The notes under the pieces were generated by a model. That model ran no database searches. It saw only the letters and a list, made by a program, of their open reading frames with translations, and was not told where the DNA came from. Below are positions 15,661-23,911 of a DNA stretch of 24,000 nucleotides, piece after piece. A program made the translations under genes and the position numbers. Position 1 is the first letter of the stretch, and each line of letters starts with the position of its first letter. This stretch comes from Corallincola platygyrae (GTDB lineage Bacteria; Pseudomonadota; Gammaproteobacteria; Enterobacterales; Neiellaceae), in contig NZ_BAABLI010000009.1 of NCBI RefSeq assembly GCF_039544265.1, forward strand, positions 47,323 to 71,322. The letters run 5' to 3'.

Positions 15661-17042
15661 GCTTTGCCTCCTTCAACTGCAGGCGTAGTTGATTTGTTAT
15701 CCAGTTGGTGGAAGTTGGGATTCTCTTCCGGGCTGATCTCTTCAATCTCAATCGCCCTGCGTGCCATCAGGAACAAGGTACGTATGTATGCCACTAACAA
15801 CACTGCGTAGGTGACCATGTACAGGGTGAAACTGAACCAGACTTTACCGGGTGGCACATCTGTGACGGCGTCTTGAATTGTGAGAACGCCCGTTACGATC
15901 CAAGGCTGACGACCAATTTCGGTGACGTACCAGCCAGCCAGAGTGGCGACCCAGCCAGCAAAGGTCATCACAACCAAACCTTTGAGTAACCAGGGGGAAA
16001 GCTCACCTTTGCGTTTAAGTTGCCATACGCCAATCCAGGCGGCGGCAATCATCAGGATGCCTATACCTACCATGACCCGGAATGAGTAGAAGACGGGGGC
16101 CACTGGCGGGTGGTCATCTCCAAATTCACTGATCCCTTTGATTTCACCATCCAGATCGTGGGTCAGGATCAGGCTGGCCATTTTCGGAATACCGATCTCA
16201 AAATGGTTGGTCTGATTCTCCTGATCTGGAATGGCAAACAGCAGCAGTGGTGCACCTTTCTCTGTATGCCAAACCCCTTCCATCGCAGCGATTTTTTGCG
16301 GCTGATGTTCAAGGGTGTTCAGACCATGGAAGTCTCCAACCACCGCTTGGGCAGGGGCCAAAATCGCGGCAAATATCAGGCTGGTTTTAAGAGTCAGTCT
16401 TGGCCCGCGCTTGTCATCGCCTTTGAGGATGCGATAGGCAGAGATCCCTGCCATCAGGAAACACGCGGTAAGGCCGGACGAAATCAGTACGTGGGTTAAT
16501 CGATAAGGAAACGATGGATTAAAGATGATTGCCCACCAATCGACGGCGTGAGCGACGCCTTCACGCATCTCAAAGCCCACAGGTGTTTGCATCCAGGAAT
16601 TCAGCGCAATAATCCAGAATGCTGACATGGTTGTGCCCAGTGCAACCAGAGCCGTAGCCAGGGTATGCAACCACGGTGGGACTCGGTTGATACCAAACAG
16701 CATAATGCCGAGGAAGGTTGCTTCAAGGAAGAAAGCTGTCAGCACCTCGTAACCCAGTAGCGGTCCGGCAATGTTACCAACTTTCTCCATAAAGCCAGGC
16801 CAGTTAGTACCGAACTGGAAACTCATGGTGATGCCGCTGACGACGCCGAGGGCAAAGGAAAGTGCGAAGATTTTCACCCAAAAACGGTAGGCACGCATCC
16901 ACACCGGATCTTTGGAGAAATCGAAGCGGATTTTGAAATACATTAGCAACCAGCACAGTGCGATCGTGATGCTGGGAAAGAGGATATGAAAGCTAATATT
17001 GGCCGCGAACTGTATTCGGGAAAGCAGCAGCGTATCTAACAT
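15657..17042 (-). CDS. cydA: Cytochrome bd-type quinol oxidase subunit I, short Q-loop (CIO-type)
   Basis: 461 aa. Conserved haem/quinol features are present: N-terminal FHILFPS His, GYEVLTAFFLEATFLG, RLTHVLISS His, KIAAMEGVW. The length is clearly shorter than the ~520-aa long-Q-loop CydA. Confidence 0.9.
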   Translation of the reverse strand: MLDTLLLSRIQFAANISFHILFPSITIALCWLLMYFKIRFDFSKDPVWMRAYRFWVKIFALSFALGVVSGITMSFQFGTNWPGFMEKVGNIAGPLLGYEVLTAFFLEATFLGIMLFGINRVPPWLHTLATALVALGTTMSAFWIIALNSWMQTPVGFEMREGVAHAVDWWAIIFNPSFPYRLTHVLISSGLTACFLMAGISAYRILKGDDKRGPRLTLKTSLIFAAILAPAQAVVGDFHGLNTLEHQPQKIAAMEGVWHTEKGAPLLLFAIPDQENQTNHFEIGIPKMASLILTHDLDGEIKGISEFGDDHPPVAPVFYSFRVMVGIGILMIAAAWIGVWQLKRKGELSPWLLKGLVVMTFAGWVATLAGWYVTEIGRQPWIVTGVLTIQDAVTDVPPGKVWFSFTLYMVTYAVLLVAYIRTLFLMARRAIEIEEISPEENPNFHQLDNKSTTPAVEGGKA

Positions 17043-17061
17043 AGCGTTACCTTAGAAATTC

Positions 17062-17079
17062 TGGGGTGTTAAAACCCCA
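17062..17079 (-). other. Short GC-rich hairpin between the regulator gene and bd oxidase subunit I
   Basis: TGGGGT-gttaaa-ACCCCA, a 6-bp stem, within the 57-nt spacer. No U-run. Could be a partial terminator or processing site. Confidence 0.25.
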
Positions 17080-17099
17080 AGGTCACCAAATGAAATGTG

Positions 17100-17660
17100 T
17101 CAGCCTTTATCAGCGCTGCCACGTTTGAACTTTTCTGAAATATCGAGCACTTTGCTCACCCCTGCGCCCAAACGCATCAGCGTATTTAGCTTCTCTGGGC
17201 TCAGGCGTTGCAGCTCGGCGCTCCACTGGGTAATGGTTTCCAGCAAGTCGTGAATTTCCGTGACACGCTCGCGGGCATAACGCTCTGGTGGCGCTTCATT
17301 AGTGTCATCCATGATGTTGTTGCGAAGCAGCGATAACGTAGGATCTATCTCACGCTTGCGTCGCTCTTCGAATACCGTGTTGGCCATATCCCAAATAGAG
17401 CCTGCCGCAGCGTAATACTCCTTTCTGTCCCCAGGCAAATGGCGAAGTTGGATCAGCCGCCACGACTGCAATTCTTTAAGGCCCATGCTGACGTTGCCCC
17501 GTGAAACATTGAGCGCTTCACGGATCTGATCAGCGTTGAGCGCGTCTTCGCTCAACACGATCAGAGCCAGCATCTGGCCTACGGTGCGATTGAATCCCCA
17601 GCGGCTCCCCATCTCCCCAAAGTGGAGAACCAAAGACTCAATCATGGGTGTCATTTTCAT
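17100..17660 (-). CDS. GbsR/MarR-family winged-helix transcriptional regulator
   Basis: 186 aa. WGFNRTVGQMLALIVLSEDALNADQIREALNVSRGNVSMGLKELQSWRLI is the GbsR-type wHTH pattern. Lies directly upstream of, and co-oriented with, the bd oxidase genes. Confidence 0.75.
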   Translation of the reverse strand: MKMTPMIESLVLHFGEMGSRWGFNRTVGQMLALIVLSEDALNADQIREALNVSRGNVSMGLKELQSWRLIQLRHLPGDRKEYYAAAGSIWDMANTVFEERRKREIDPTLSLLRNNIMDDTNEAPPERYARERVTEIHDLLETITQWSAELQRLSPEKLNTLMRLGAGVSKVLDISEKFKRGSADKG

Positions 17661-17671
17661 AGTTTTTATAG

Positions 17672-17717
17672 TTTCAGAAATTTCTGAAAATTATAAACAG
17701 AAATTGACATGGATCAA
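17672..17717 (-). promoter_or_regulatory. Sigma70-like promoter of the GbsR-type gene with an abutting 18-bp perfect palindrome operator
   Basis: The minus strand reads TTGATC-(16 nt)-TATAAT, followed immediately by TTTCAGAAATTTCTGAAA (17672..17689) and then 11 nt to the ATG. The -35 is at 17712..17717 and the -10 at 17690..17695. An extra copy of the half-site 8-mer CAGAAATT lies in the spacer (17698..17705). Confidence 0.5.
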
Positions 17718-17910
17718 TATGCAGAATAGGGCTAGTTGTAGGAAGAAGTTACTAACGGAAGGGATATTGGGGGTAAGTTGGCGCTAAAATCTTCTAACCT
17801 ACAGCTATATTGCGAGAATTATTTTTTCTGAAGGTAAGGCTAACAGATACCAAGGACGCTGACCTACTGAGTGTGAGAGGCAGTAGATAGCGCCATTGTC
17901 ACTTAGTTAG

Positions 17911-18759
17911 CTACTCTAGCCCCTGATACAGGGTATCTATCCAGCGGTGCTCATCAATAAATCGCCACGACCAGGACTTCCACTCCGTGGGTACGCCTTC
18001 TGCTTTTAGCGTCTCGGCGGATTTACCAGCGGCTTTTGATTTCTTCACCCAATCGATTTGTGTTTCTAACATTCGTATCTTGGTGGCCAGATCGGCTTTG
18101 GTAGCCAATGGTCCATGGCCTGGGATGATTTTGGTATTGTCATCAGTTTGCTGATAGATGGCTTTGACATTGTTCAGATAGCCCATCACAGAACCACCGC
18201 GTTTTAGGTCGATAAACGGGAATCTGCCGCTAAAAAACAGGTCGCCCATGTGCAGGACGTTGGCGTTTTTAAACCAGATAACACTGTCACCATCCGTATG
18301 GCCGCTGGGATAATGAACGACCCTGATGGTCTCGCCATTGAAGTGAAACGTAACCCCATCATCGTAAGTCACCACGGGCATGGCGGATCTGGGTAACTCG
18401 TTGTTCTCAGACAGGCGCTCTAATACAGCGTGATGAGCAAAAATGGTGGCCTGCTGGCCAAAGTGCGCATTGCCGCCTGTGTGGTCGCCATGAACGTGGG
18501 TATTGACCACAAACTTAAGTGGGTTGGGTGAAAGCTCTTTCAGTGCCGCCGCAATCTTATCCGCCAGGGGAGCATATTGGTCATCCACCATTAGCATGCC
18601 ATCTTCTCCGGCAGATACCCCAATGTTTCCGCCACTTCCGGTCAGCATATAGATCCCGTTACCCAGTGAAGTCGTTGTTATCTTCACCTTGGCGAAGCGG
18701 TCATCTGCCTGGGCTGCAAACACAATAAGCAGCAGAGAGATAAAAGCTAGAATCTTCAT
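17911..18759 (-). CDS. Secreted metallo-beta-lactamase-fold hydrolase
   Basis: 282 aa. Signal peptide MKILAFISLLLIVFAAQA. Zn-binding HxHxDH motif (HVHGDHTGG). Later His/Asp ligands are plausible (PSGHTDGD, MGDLFF, PGHGP). Confidence 0.8.
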   Translation of the reverse strand: MKILAFISLLLIVFAAQADDRFAKVKITTTSLGNGIYMLTGSGGNIGVSAGEDGMLMVDDQYAPLADKIAAALKELSPNPLKFVVNTHVHGDHTGGNAHFGQQATIFAHHAVLERLSENNELPRSAMPVVTYDDGVTFHFNGETIRVVHYPSGHTDGDSVIWFKNANVLHMGDLFFSGRFPFIDLKRGGSVMGYLNNVKAIYQQTDDNTKIIPGHGPLATKADLATKIRMLETQIDWVKKSKAAGKSAETLKAEGVPTEWKSWSWRFIDEHRWIDTLYQGLE

Positions 18760-18872
18760 TTGATACCCATACGTCTGTGGTTTATCCCTATGTCCAAGAT
18801 AGGGGAAGTGGTTTGGAATAACAAAACCTTACGAGTTGTGGCGTGGTGAAGATCATCAGTGCGACAGGCAAT

Positions 18873-18900
18873 AAAAAACCGCGCTAAGGCGCGGCTTTTT
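18873..18900 (-). terminator. Rho-independent terminator downstream of pyrC
   Basis: AAAAAA-CCGCGC-taag-GCGCGG-cTTTTT. On the minus strand the 6-bp GC stem is followed directly by T6. It lies 15 nt after the pyrC stop. Confidence 0.75.
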
Positions 18901-18914
18901 ATTGGTAATTCAGA

Positions 18915-19949
18915 CTACTTAACTTTCCATTGCAGCGTGTTGCCAGCATAGAAGGGCACCATAGGCTCGCCCGCAACATCTACGGTGTCAGGGATCTGCC
19001 AGGGGTCACGTACCAAAGTCACTGTGCCGGTATTGCGTGGCAGGCCATAAAAGTCTGGGCCGTTGAAGCTGGCAAAGGCTTCCAATTTATCCAGGGCACC
19101 AATCTGTTCAAAGATCTCTGCATACAGCTCAAGCGCAGCGGGTGCACTGTAACAACCGGCACAACCACAGGCGCTTTCTTTGGTATGCTTGAGGTGAGGA
19201 GCAGAGTCGGTGCCAAGGAAGAACTTATTAGAACCACTGGCAACGGCTTCTTGTAGCGCCTGCTGGTGGATATTGCGCTTCAGCACGGGCAGGCAGTAAT
19301 TGTGGGGCTTGATGCCGCCAACCAGCAGGTGGTTTCGGTTGTACATCAGGTGCTGTGGTGTCACTGTCGCTGCGACGTTGGCATCTGAGGCAAACACAAA
19401 CTCAGCAGCATCCTTAGTGGTGATATGTTCAAACACCACTTTCAGCTGTGGGAACTTAGCCACAATGTTGCTTAGGTGTTGATCTATAAACGCCTTTTCA
19501 CGATCAAACACGTCGATCTCGTCAGCCGTGACTTCGCCGTGAACCAGCAGCAACAAGCCTACTTCTGCCATCGCTTCGAAGGTGGCATCTAAACCTGCCA
19601 GGTCCGTCACGCCGTGGGCTGAGTTGGTGGTCGCATTCGCTGGGTACAGTTTACAGGCTTTAACCAGGCCGCCGGCGGCCGCTTCCCGTACCATCTCTGG
19701 AGTGGTGTTGTCTGTGAGATACAGAGTCATCAATGGCGTGAAGTTACTCTCTGCAGGCGTCGCACCTTGAATACGCTCATAATATGCCTTGGCATCCGCA
19801 GGGGTGACTACCGGCGGCTGCAGGTTCGGCATAGCGATGGCACGCGAAAACACCCTGGCGGTTGCGGGAACGGCGGTATGCAGCATGGCGTCATCACGAA
19901 GGTGGATATGCCAATCGTCAGGCTGAATGATGGTCAAAGTATCGGACAC
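18915..19949 (-). CDS. pyrC: Dihydroorotase (class II)
   Basis: 344 aa, alignable by eye with E. coli PyrC. Examples: [10 protein letters not shown]; [12 protein letters not shown]; HGEVT; [10 protein letters not shown]; [16 protein letters not shown]; [14 protein letters not shown]; [12 protein letters not shown] start at 19949 with AGGAG 6 nt upstream. Confidence 0.95.
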   Translation of the reverse strand: MSDTLTIIQPDDWHIHLRDDAMLHTAVPATARVFSRAIAMPNLQPPVVTPADAKAYYERIQGATPAESNFTPLMTLYLTDNTTPEMVREAAAGGLVKACKLYPANATTNSAHGVTDLAGLDATFEAMAEVGLLLLVHGEVTADEIDVFDREKAFIDQHLSNIVAKFPQLKVVFEHITTKDAAEFVFASDANVAATVTPQHLMYNRNHLLVGGIKPHNYCLPVLKRNIHQQALQEAVASGSNKFFLGTDSAPHLKHTKESACGCAGCYSAPAALELYAEIFEQIGALDKLEAFASFNGPDFYGLPRNTGTVTLVRDPWQIPDTVDVAGEPMVPFYAGNTLQWKVK

Positions 19950-20151
19950 ACGCGACTCCTAGATGGAAAACGAATTGGACCAGTCTGTAGCTGGTTAGTT
20001 ATCCAAATAGTGTAACCTGCCTGTTGCAACTTGTCTGTGGATCACAGAGTACAAAACGGCTTGAAGAGATTCGCATTGTTCACTTTTAAATCAGCAAACT
20101 CTGCTCTAATCTGCCTTTATCTACCGTGTTACTGAGGTTCTGGAGTTCTTG

Positions 20152-21000
20152 ATGGCGATCGCAACTGGCGTATCGGAAAGTAAGGTGCTGGAAAACGTGG
20201 TGATCCCACCGCGCCCCGAAGTGTTGCTGCAGGTAAGTGAAGAGCTCAAGCAAAACGAGCCTGATATCAGGAAGATTGGCGACGCTATCGCCAAGGATGT
20301 CAGTATTTCGGCTGGTGTCCTTCAGGTTGTTAACTCCGCCGCCTATAAACGCGAAAAAACCATTGAGTCTATTCATCAGGCCGTTATGTTGCTAGGCATG
20401 AACCGGGTTTACGCCGTCGTGCGAGCGGTCGCTCTGCGAAACATGGTAGCGGACAGCTATCACCTCGAAGCATTCTGGGACACCGCATCCAATGTTGCCA
20501 ACGCCTGTGTCATGGTCGCTGAAGGTTTGGGCATGGGAGATGAACTGGATAATGCCTATCTGATGGGCTTGTTCCATATGGCGGGTGTGCCGGTGATGAT
20601 GCACAACTTCGCCGATTATGGTCGTGTCAAAGCCACCGCGGATTGCAGTGGTTGGGATGCCGTGGTTGAAGAGGAGATGGCCAGTTACGGCACCTCTCAC
20701 ATCGCTATCGGCGCCCGTTTAGCTGAGAAATGGCACCTACCAGAAGCCGTTGCTGAGGCTATCTATCTGCAGTATTCCCCTGAACAAAGCCTGATTGATG
20801 CAGATGCATCAGAAGGCTTGGTGAAGATGATTGTGGTTCTGAAGATTGCTCGCCAGGCAATCATGGTGGCAAGTGAAGCGCTGGTAACAGAGAATGACTG
20901 GCACCATTTTGCTGAACATGTGGCCGAGCGTTTAGGCTGGTCCGAGAGTGAATTGGAGCAGTTTGTAGAAACTCTGGCCAACAACCTGCGAGAAGAATAA
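20152..21000 (+). CDS. HDOD domain-containing signalling protein
   Basis: PPRPEVLLQVSEELKQNEPDIRKIGDAIAKDVSISAGVLQVVNSAAYKREKTIESIHQAVMLLGMNRV is a typical HDOD N-terminal pattern. The tracked ORF starts at TTG 20149; the ATG at 20152 has GGAG 6 nt upstream. Confidence 0.85.
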   Translation: MAIATGVSESKVLENVVIPPRPEVLLQVSEELKQNEPDIRKIGDAIAKDVSISAGVLQVVNSAAYKREKTIESIHQAVMLLGMNRVYAVVRAVALRNMVADSYHLEAFWDTASNVANACVMVAEGLGMGDELDNAYLMGLFHMAGVPVMMHNFADYGRVKATADCSGWDAVVEEEMASYGTSHIAIGARLAEKWHLPEAVAEAIYLQYSPEQSLIDADASEGLVKMIVVLKIARQAIMVASEALVTENDWHHFAEHVAERLGWSESELEQFVETLANNLREE

Positions 21001-21054
21001 GTCGCTTATCAAATCTGATTGATCAGCCATCTGTATATTTGTGGCTGTAAGTAA

Positions 21055-21082
21055 GGGTTTACATCCTTTGGACTGTAAACCC
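21055..21082 (+). other. 9-bp perfect hairpin GGGTTTACA-(10 nt)-TGTAAACCC in the HDOD/kbl intergenic region
   Basis: Read from the sequence. No T-run follows. A second hairpin CCCGCT-(7 nt)-AGCGGG lies at 21122..21140. Confidence 0.3.
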
Positions 21083-21195
21083 GGTGAAATCCCCACCTGG
21101 ACTATCCTCATAAAGCGCCCACCCGCTTTAAAATAGCGGGCTAAAATTTGTCTTCTACCGGTCTTCTATGCCGGCGTCTCAGACGGGGTCTATCA

Positions 21196-22392
21196 ATGAA
21201 TCAGGCGTTTTTCGACCGACTGCAGCAGCAGTTACAGGAAGTTACCGAGCAGGGATTGTTTAAACAAGAACGCGTCATCACCAGTGCTCAACAAGCCGCG
21301 ATCGCGGTAACCGGCGACCAGCAGGTACTTAACTTCTGTGCCAACAACTATTTGGGTTTGGCTAATCACCCACGCCTGATCGAAGCGGCTAAGTCAGCAT
21401 TGGATAGCCATGGTTTTGGTATGGCATCTGTGCGCTTTATCTGTGGTACGCAAGACCTACATAAGCAGCTTGAGCGAGAGCTCTCTGATTTCCTGGGAAT
21501 GGATGACGCTATCCTCTACAGCAGTTGTTTTGATGCCAATGGTGGTCTGTTTGAGACGCTACTTGGCCCAGAAGATGCCATTATCTCTGATGCCCTCAAT
21601 CACGCCTCGATTATTGATGGTGTCCGCCTCTGTAAAGCCAAACGTTTCCGCTACAGCAACAACAATATGGCTGAGCTGGAAGCTTGTCTGAAGCAGGCGG
21701 ATGAAGCGGGGGCTCGCACTAAGCTGATCGCGACTGATGGCGTGTTTTCAATGGACGGTGTTATTGCAGATCTGAAAGCAATCTGCGATCTGGCAGATAA
21801 GTATGATGCACTGGTGATGGTTGATGATTCTCACGCGGTGGGTTTTGTCGGCGAGCAGGGCCGCGGCAGCCACGAATATTGCGATGTGATGAGTCGTGTC
21901 GACATTATCACAGGCACCCTGGGTAAAGCGATGGGTGGAGCTTCAGGCGGATACACTGCAGCAAAACAGCCTGTGATCGACTGGTTACGTCAACGCAGTC
22001 GTCCTTACCTGTTCTCTAACTCGCTGGCGCCAGCCATTGTTGGGGCGTCACTCGAAGTACTTAAACTGCTCAAAGAGAGCGGCGAACTGCGGCTGAAACT
22101 CAATGAAAACGCCCGGTATTTCCGCGAGCGTATGCAAGCTGCCGGCTTTACCCTTGCTGGTGCCGACCATGCCATCATCCCAGTGATGTTGGGTGACGCC
22201 AAATTGGCCAGCCAGATGGCTGATGAGATGCTCAAGCGTGGTATTTATGTGGTTGGGTTCTCTTTCCCTGTCGTTCCTCAGGGGCAGGCAAGGATCCGTA
22301 CTCAGATGTCAGCGGCGCACACCCGCGAGCAGCTTGACCAGGCTATCGATGCCTTTATCGAAGTCGGTAAAGAGTTGAAGGTGATCTCATGA
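21196..22392 (+). CDS. kbl: 2-amino-3-ketobutyrate CoA ligase (glycine C-acetyltransferase)
   Basis: Near-collinear with E. coli Kbl. Examples: [14 protein letters not shown]; [16 protein letters not shown]; [16 protein letters not shown]; DGVFSMDG; PLP-lysine context TGTLGKA; RPYLFSNSL. The tracked ORF starts 16 codons upstream at a TTG; the ATG at 21196 (MNQAFFDRL) matches the conserved N-terminus. Confidence 0.95.
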   Translation: MNQAFFDRLQQQLQEVTEQGLFKQERVITSAQQAAIAVTGDQQVLNFCANNYLGLANHPRLIEAAKSALDSHGFGMASVRFICGTQDLHKQLERELSDFLGMDDAILYSSCFDANGGLFETLLGPEDAIISDALNHASIIDGVRLCKAKRFRYSNNNMAELEACLKQADEAGARTKLIATDGVFSMDGVIADLKAICDLADKYDALVMVDDSHAVGFVGEQGRGSHEYCDVMSRVDIITGTLGKAMGGASGGYTAAKQPVIDWLRQRSRPYLFSNSLAPAIVGASLEVLKLLKESGELRLKLNENARYFRERMQAAGFTLAGADHAIIPVMLGDAKLASQMADEMLKRGIYVVGFSFPVVPQGQARIRTQMSAAHTREQLDQAIDAFIEVGKELKVIS

Positions 22393-23426
22393 CCATGATG
22401 AAGGGGCTGGCTAAGCTCAAGGCGGAGCCGGGCATCTGGATGACAGAGGCGCCACTGCCAGAACTGGGCCACAATGACCTGCTGATTAAGATCCACAAAA
22501 CCGCCATCTGTGGCACTGACTTGCATATCTATAAGTGGGATGAATGGTCGCAGAACACGATTCCCGTGCCCATGATTGTGGGCCATGAGTATGTTGGCGA
22601 AGTGGTTGCTATGGGCCAGGAGGTCCGTGGTTTCAGTGAAGGTGATCGCGTCTCTGGCGAGGGCCACATCACCTGTGGTCATTGTCGTAACTGCCGTGCT
22701 GGCCGCCGTCACTTGTGCCGTAATACCGTGGGTGTAGGGGTCAACCGACAGGGTGCATTTGCCGAGTACCTTGTGATCCCCGCTTATAACGCATTCAAGA
22801 TCCCAGAAGGGATCAGTGATGAAATGGCATCGATCTTTGACCCGTTCGGTAATGCCGTGCATACCGCTCTGAGTTTTGACCTGGTCGGTGAGGATGTACT
22901 GATCACAGGCGCAGGCCCCATAGGCATTATGGCGGTAGCCATCGCCCGCCATTGTGGCGCACGCCATGTGGTGATTACTGACGTTAACGACTACCGATTG
23001 AACCTGGCGGCACAAATGGGGGCTTCCCGAGTGGTGAACGTCGCTAAGGAGTCATTGGCCGATGTTATGGTTGAACTGGGCATGACCGAAGGTTTTGATG
23101 TCGGCATGGAGATGTCCGGTGTGCCGAGTGCTTTTTCTGACATGCTGAGCAAGATGAACCATGGTGGCAAAGTCGCATTGCTTGGCATTCCGCCTTCCGA
23201 TATGGCTATTGATTGGAATCAGGTGATCTTCAAAGGTCTGGTGATTAAAGGGATTTACGGTCGCGAGATGTTTGAAACCTGGTACAAGATGGCGAGCCTG
23301 CTGCAGTCAGGCTTGGATATCTCGCCAGTGATAACCCATAGAATGGATGTATCAGAATTCCAGCAGGGCTTTGACATTATGGCCTCTGGCCAATGTGGCA
23401 AGGTGATTTTGGATTGGGGTAAGTAA
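22389..23426 (+). CDS. tdh: L-threonine 3-dehydrogenase (Zn-dependent MDR family)
   Basis: Near-collinear with E. coli Tdh. Examples: [39 protein letters not shown]; GHEYVGEVV; [21 protein letters not shown]; GAGPIGIM. The start overlaps the kbl stop (ATGA); internal ATGs at 22395/22398 are alternative starts. Confidence 0.95.
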   Translation: MTMMKGLAKLKAEPGIWMTEAPLPELGHNDLLIKIHKTAICGTDLHIYKWDEWSQNTIPVPMIVGHEYVGEVVAMGQEVRGFSEGDRVSGEGHITCGHCRNCRAGRRHLCRNTVGVGVNRQGAFAEYLVIPAYNAFKIPEGISDEMASIFDPFGNAVHTALSFDLVGEDVLITGAGPIGIMAVAIARHCGARHVVITDVNDYRLNLAAQMGASRVVNVAKESLADVMVELGMTEGFDVGMEMSGVPSAFSDMLSKMNHGGKVALLGIPPSDMAIDWNQVIFKGLVIKGIYGREMFETWYKMASLLQSGLDISPVITHRMDVSEFQQGFDIMASGQCGKVILDWGK

Positions 23427-23556
23427 AGCCCGTTTTGCTCACAGAGCGAATGGCTTAAACCTGTGTCACACCCTCAGTCATAAAACTGCAGTACAGACTT
23501 GCTACTGTGCGCGCATCGAGTCGGACAACTATTCAGTCAACGATTAAAGGTGCGAC

Positions 23557-23775
23557 ATGTCATCACAGTCTCGAATCTGCCCTGAGTGCGAAGGCACAGG
23601 TATCTTCACTCTGGTGAGTCAACGCGGCATGGAAGGCTTGTACCGCGAGGTTATCGACTGTCCTGAGTGCCAGGGATCTGGTATTCAGCTTCAGCAACAG
23701 CACAAGTTGGTAAAGCCTCAATGGCAGACCATAAAGCACTCAGCGACTCCATCGCTTTCTGAAGCGGCTAAATAG
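23557..23775 (+). CDS. Small zinc-finger protein with two DnaJ-type CxxCxGxG motifs
   Basis: 72 aa. Motifs CPECEGTG and CPECQGSG lie 29 residues apart. AAAGGTG SD 4-5 nt upstream of the ATG. Followed by a rho-independent terminator. Confidence 0.6.
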   Translation: MSSQSRICPECEGTGIFTLVSQRGMEGLYREVIDCPECQGSGIQLQQQHKLVKPQWQTIKHSATPSLSEAAK

Positions 23776-23808
23776 CATTACTAAATAACTCTGTTGAGTT
23801 CTTGAAAG

Positions 23809-23830
23809 GAAGCGGTATCGCTTCTTTTTT
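23809..23830 (+). terminator. Rho-independent terminator after the small zinc-finger gene
   Basis: GAAGCG-gtat-CGCTTC followed by T6 (23825..23830), 34 nt after the stop codon. Confidence 0.75.
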
Positions 23831-23911
23831 CATTGTTTATCCCCATTTTTGCTAGGTGTTTATCAACACGAGTCTGGCGTACACTGCCTATGACTAATGG
23901 GTAGGTGTGGT

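Noticed and set aside
19964-19978. TGGAAAACGAATTGG upstream of pyrC as a possible PurR box or SD-sequestering leader hairpin, as in enterobacterial pyrC.
   Set aside because: The match to the PurR consensus (..GCAAACGTTTTC..) needs a 1-nt insertion and has a poor left half. I could find only 3-bp complementarity to the SD region. That is insufficient to call.
21001-21195. Possible glycine or other riboswitch upstream of kbl, whose product is glycine.
   Set aside because: I could not find the conserved glycine-riboswitch elements (GGAGAG / CACCG / CTCTGGAGAG-type cores). Only generic hairpins are present; the region is reported separately as an unexplained structured region.
22931-22940. GGCGGTAGCC, resembling the RfaH ops element (GGCGGTAG) expected near LPS operons.
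   Set aside because: It lies inside the tdh coding sequence (codons for AVAIA), far from any LPS operon leader. No ops/JUMPStart-like sequence was found in the actual leaders (6470..6636, 10612..10762).
22302-23015. Long antisense ORFs inside well-supported genes. Examples: 237 aa antisense to tdh; 6652..7131 antisense to the GT4 gene; 10727..11098 antisense to TetR; 5779..6141 and 5759..6085 antisense to the kinase fusion; 8072..8371, 8818..9150, 9044..9343 and 9359..9736 antisense to the GT2/waaF genes; 9778..10155 antisense to hldD; 14801..15169 antisense to cydB; 16110..16499 antisense to cydA.
   Set aside because: Each lies fully within a gene whose product aligns by eye to a known family. 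Their translations are low-complexity (R/S/A/H-rich) with no motifs or SD sequences. This is typical shadow-ORF behaviour in moderately GC-rich coding DNA.
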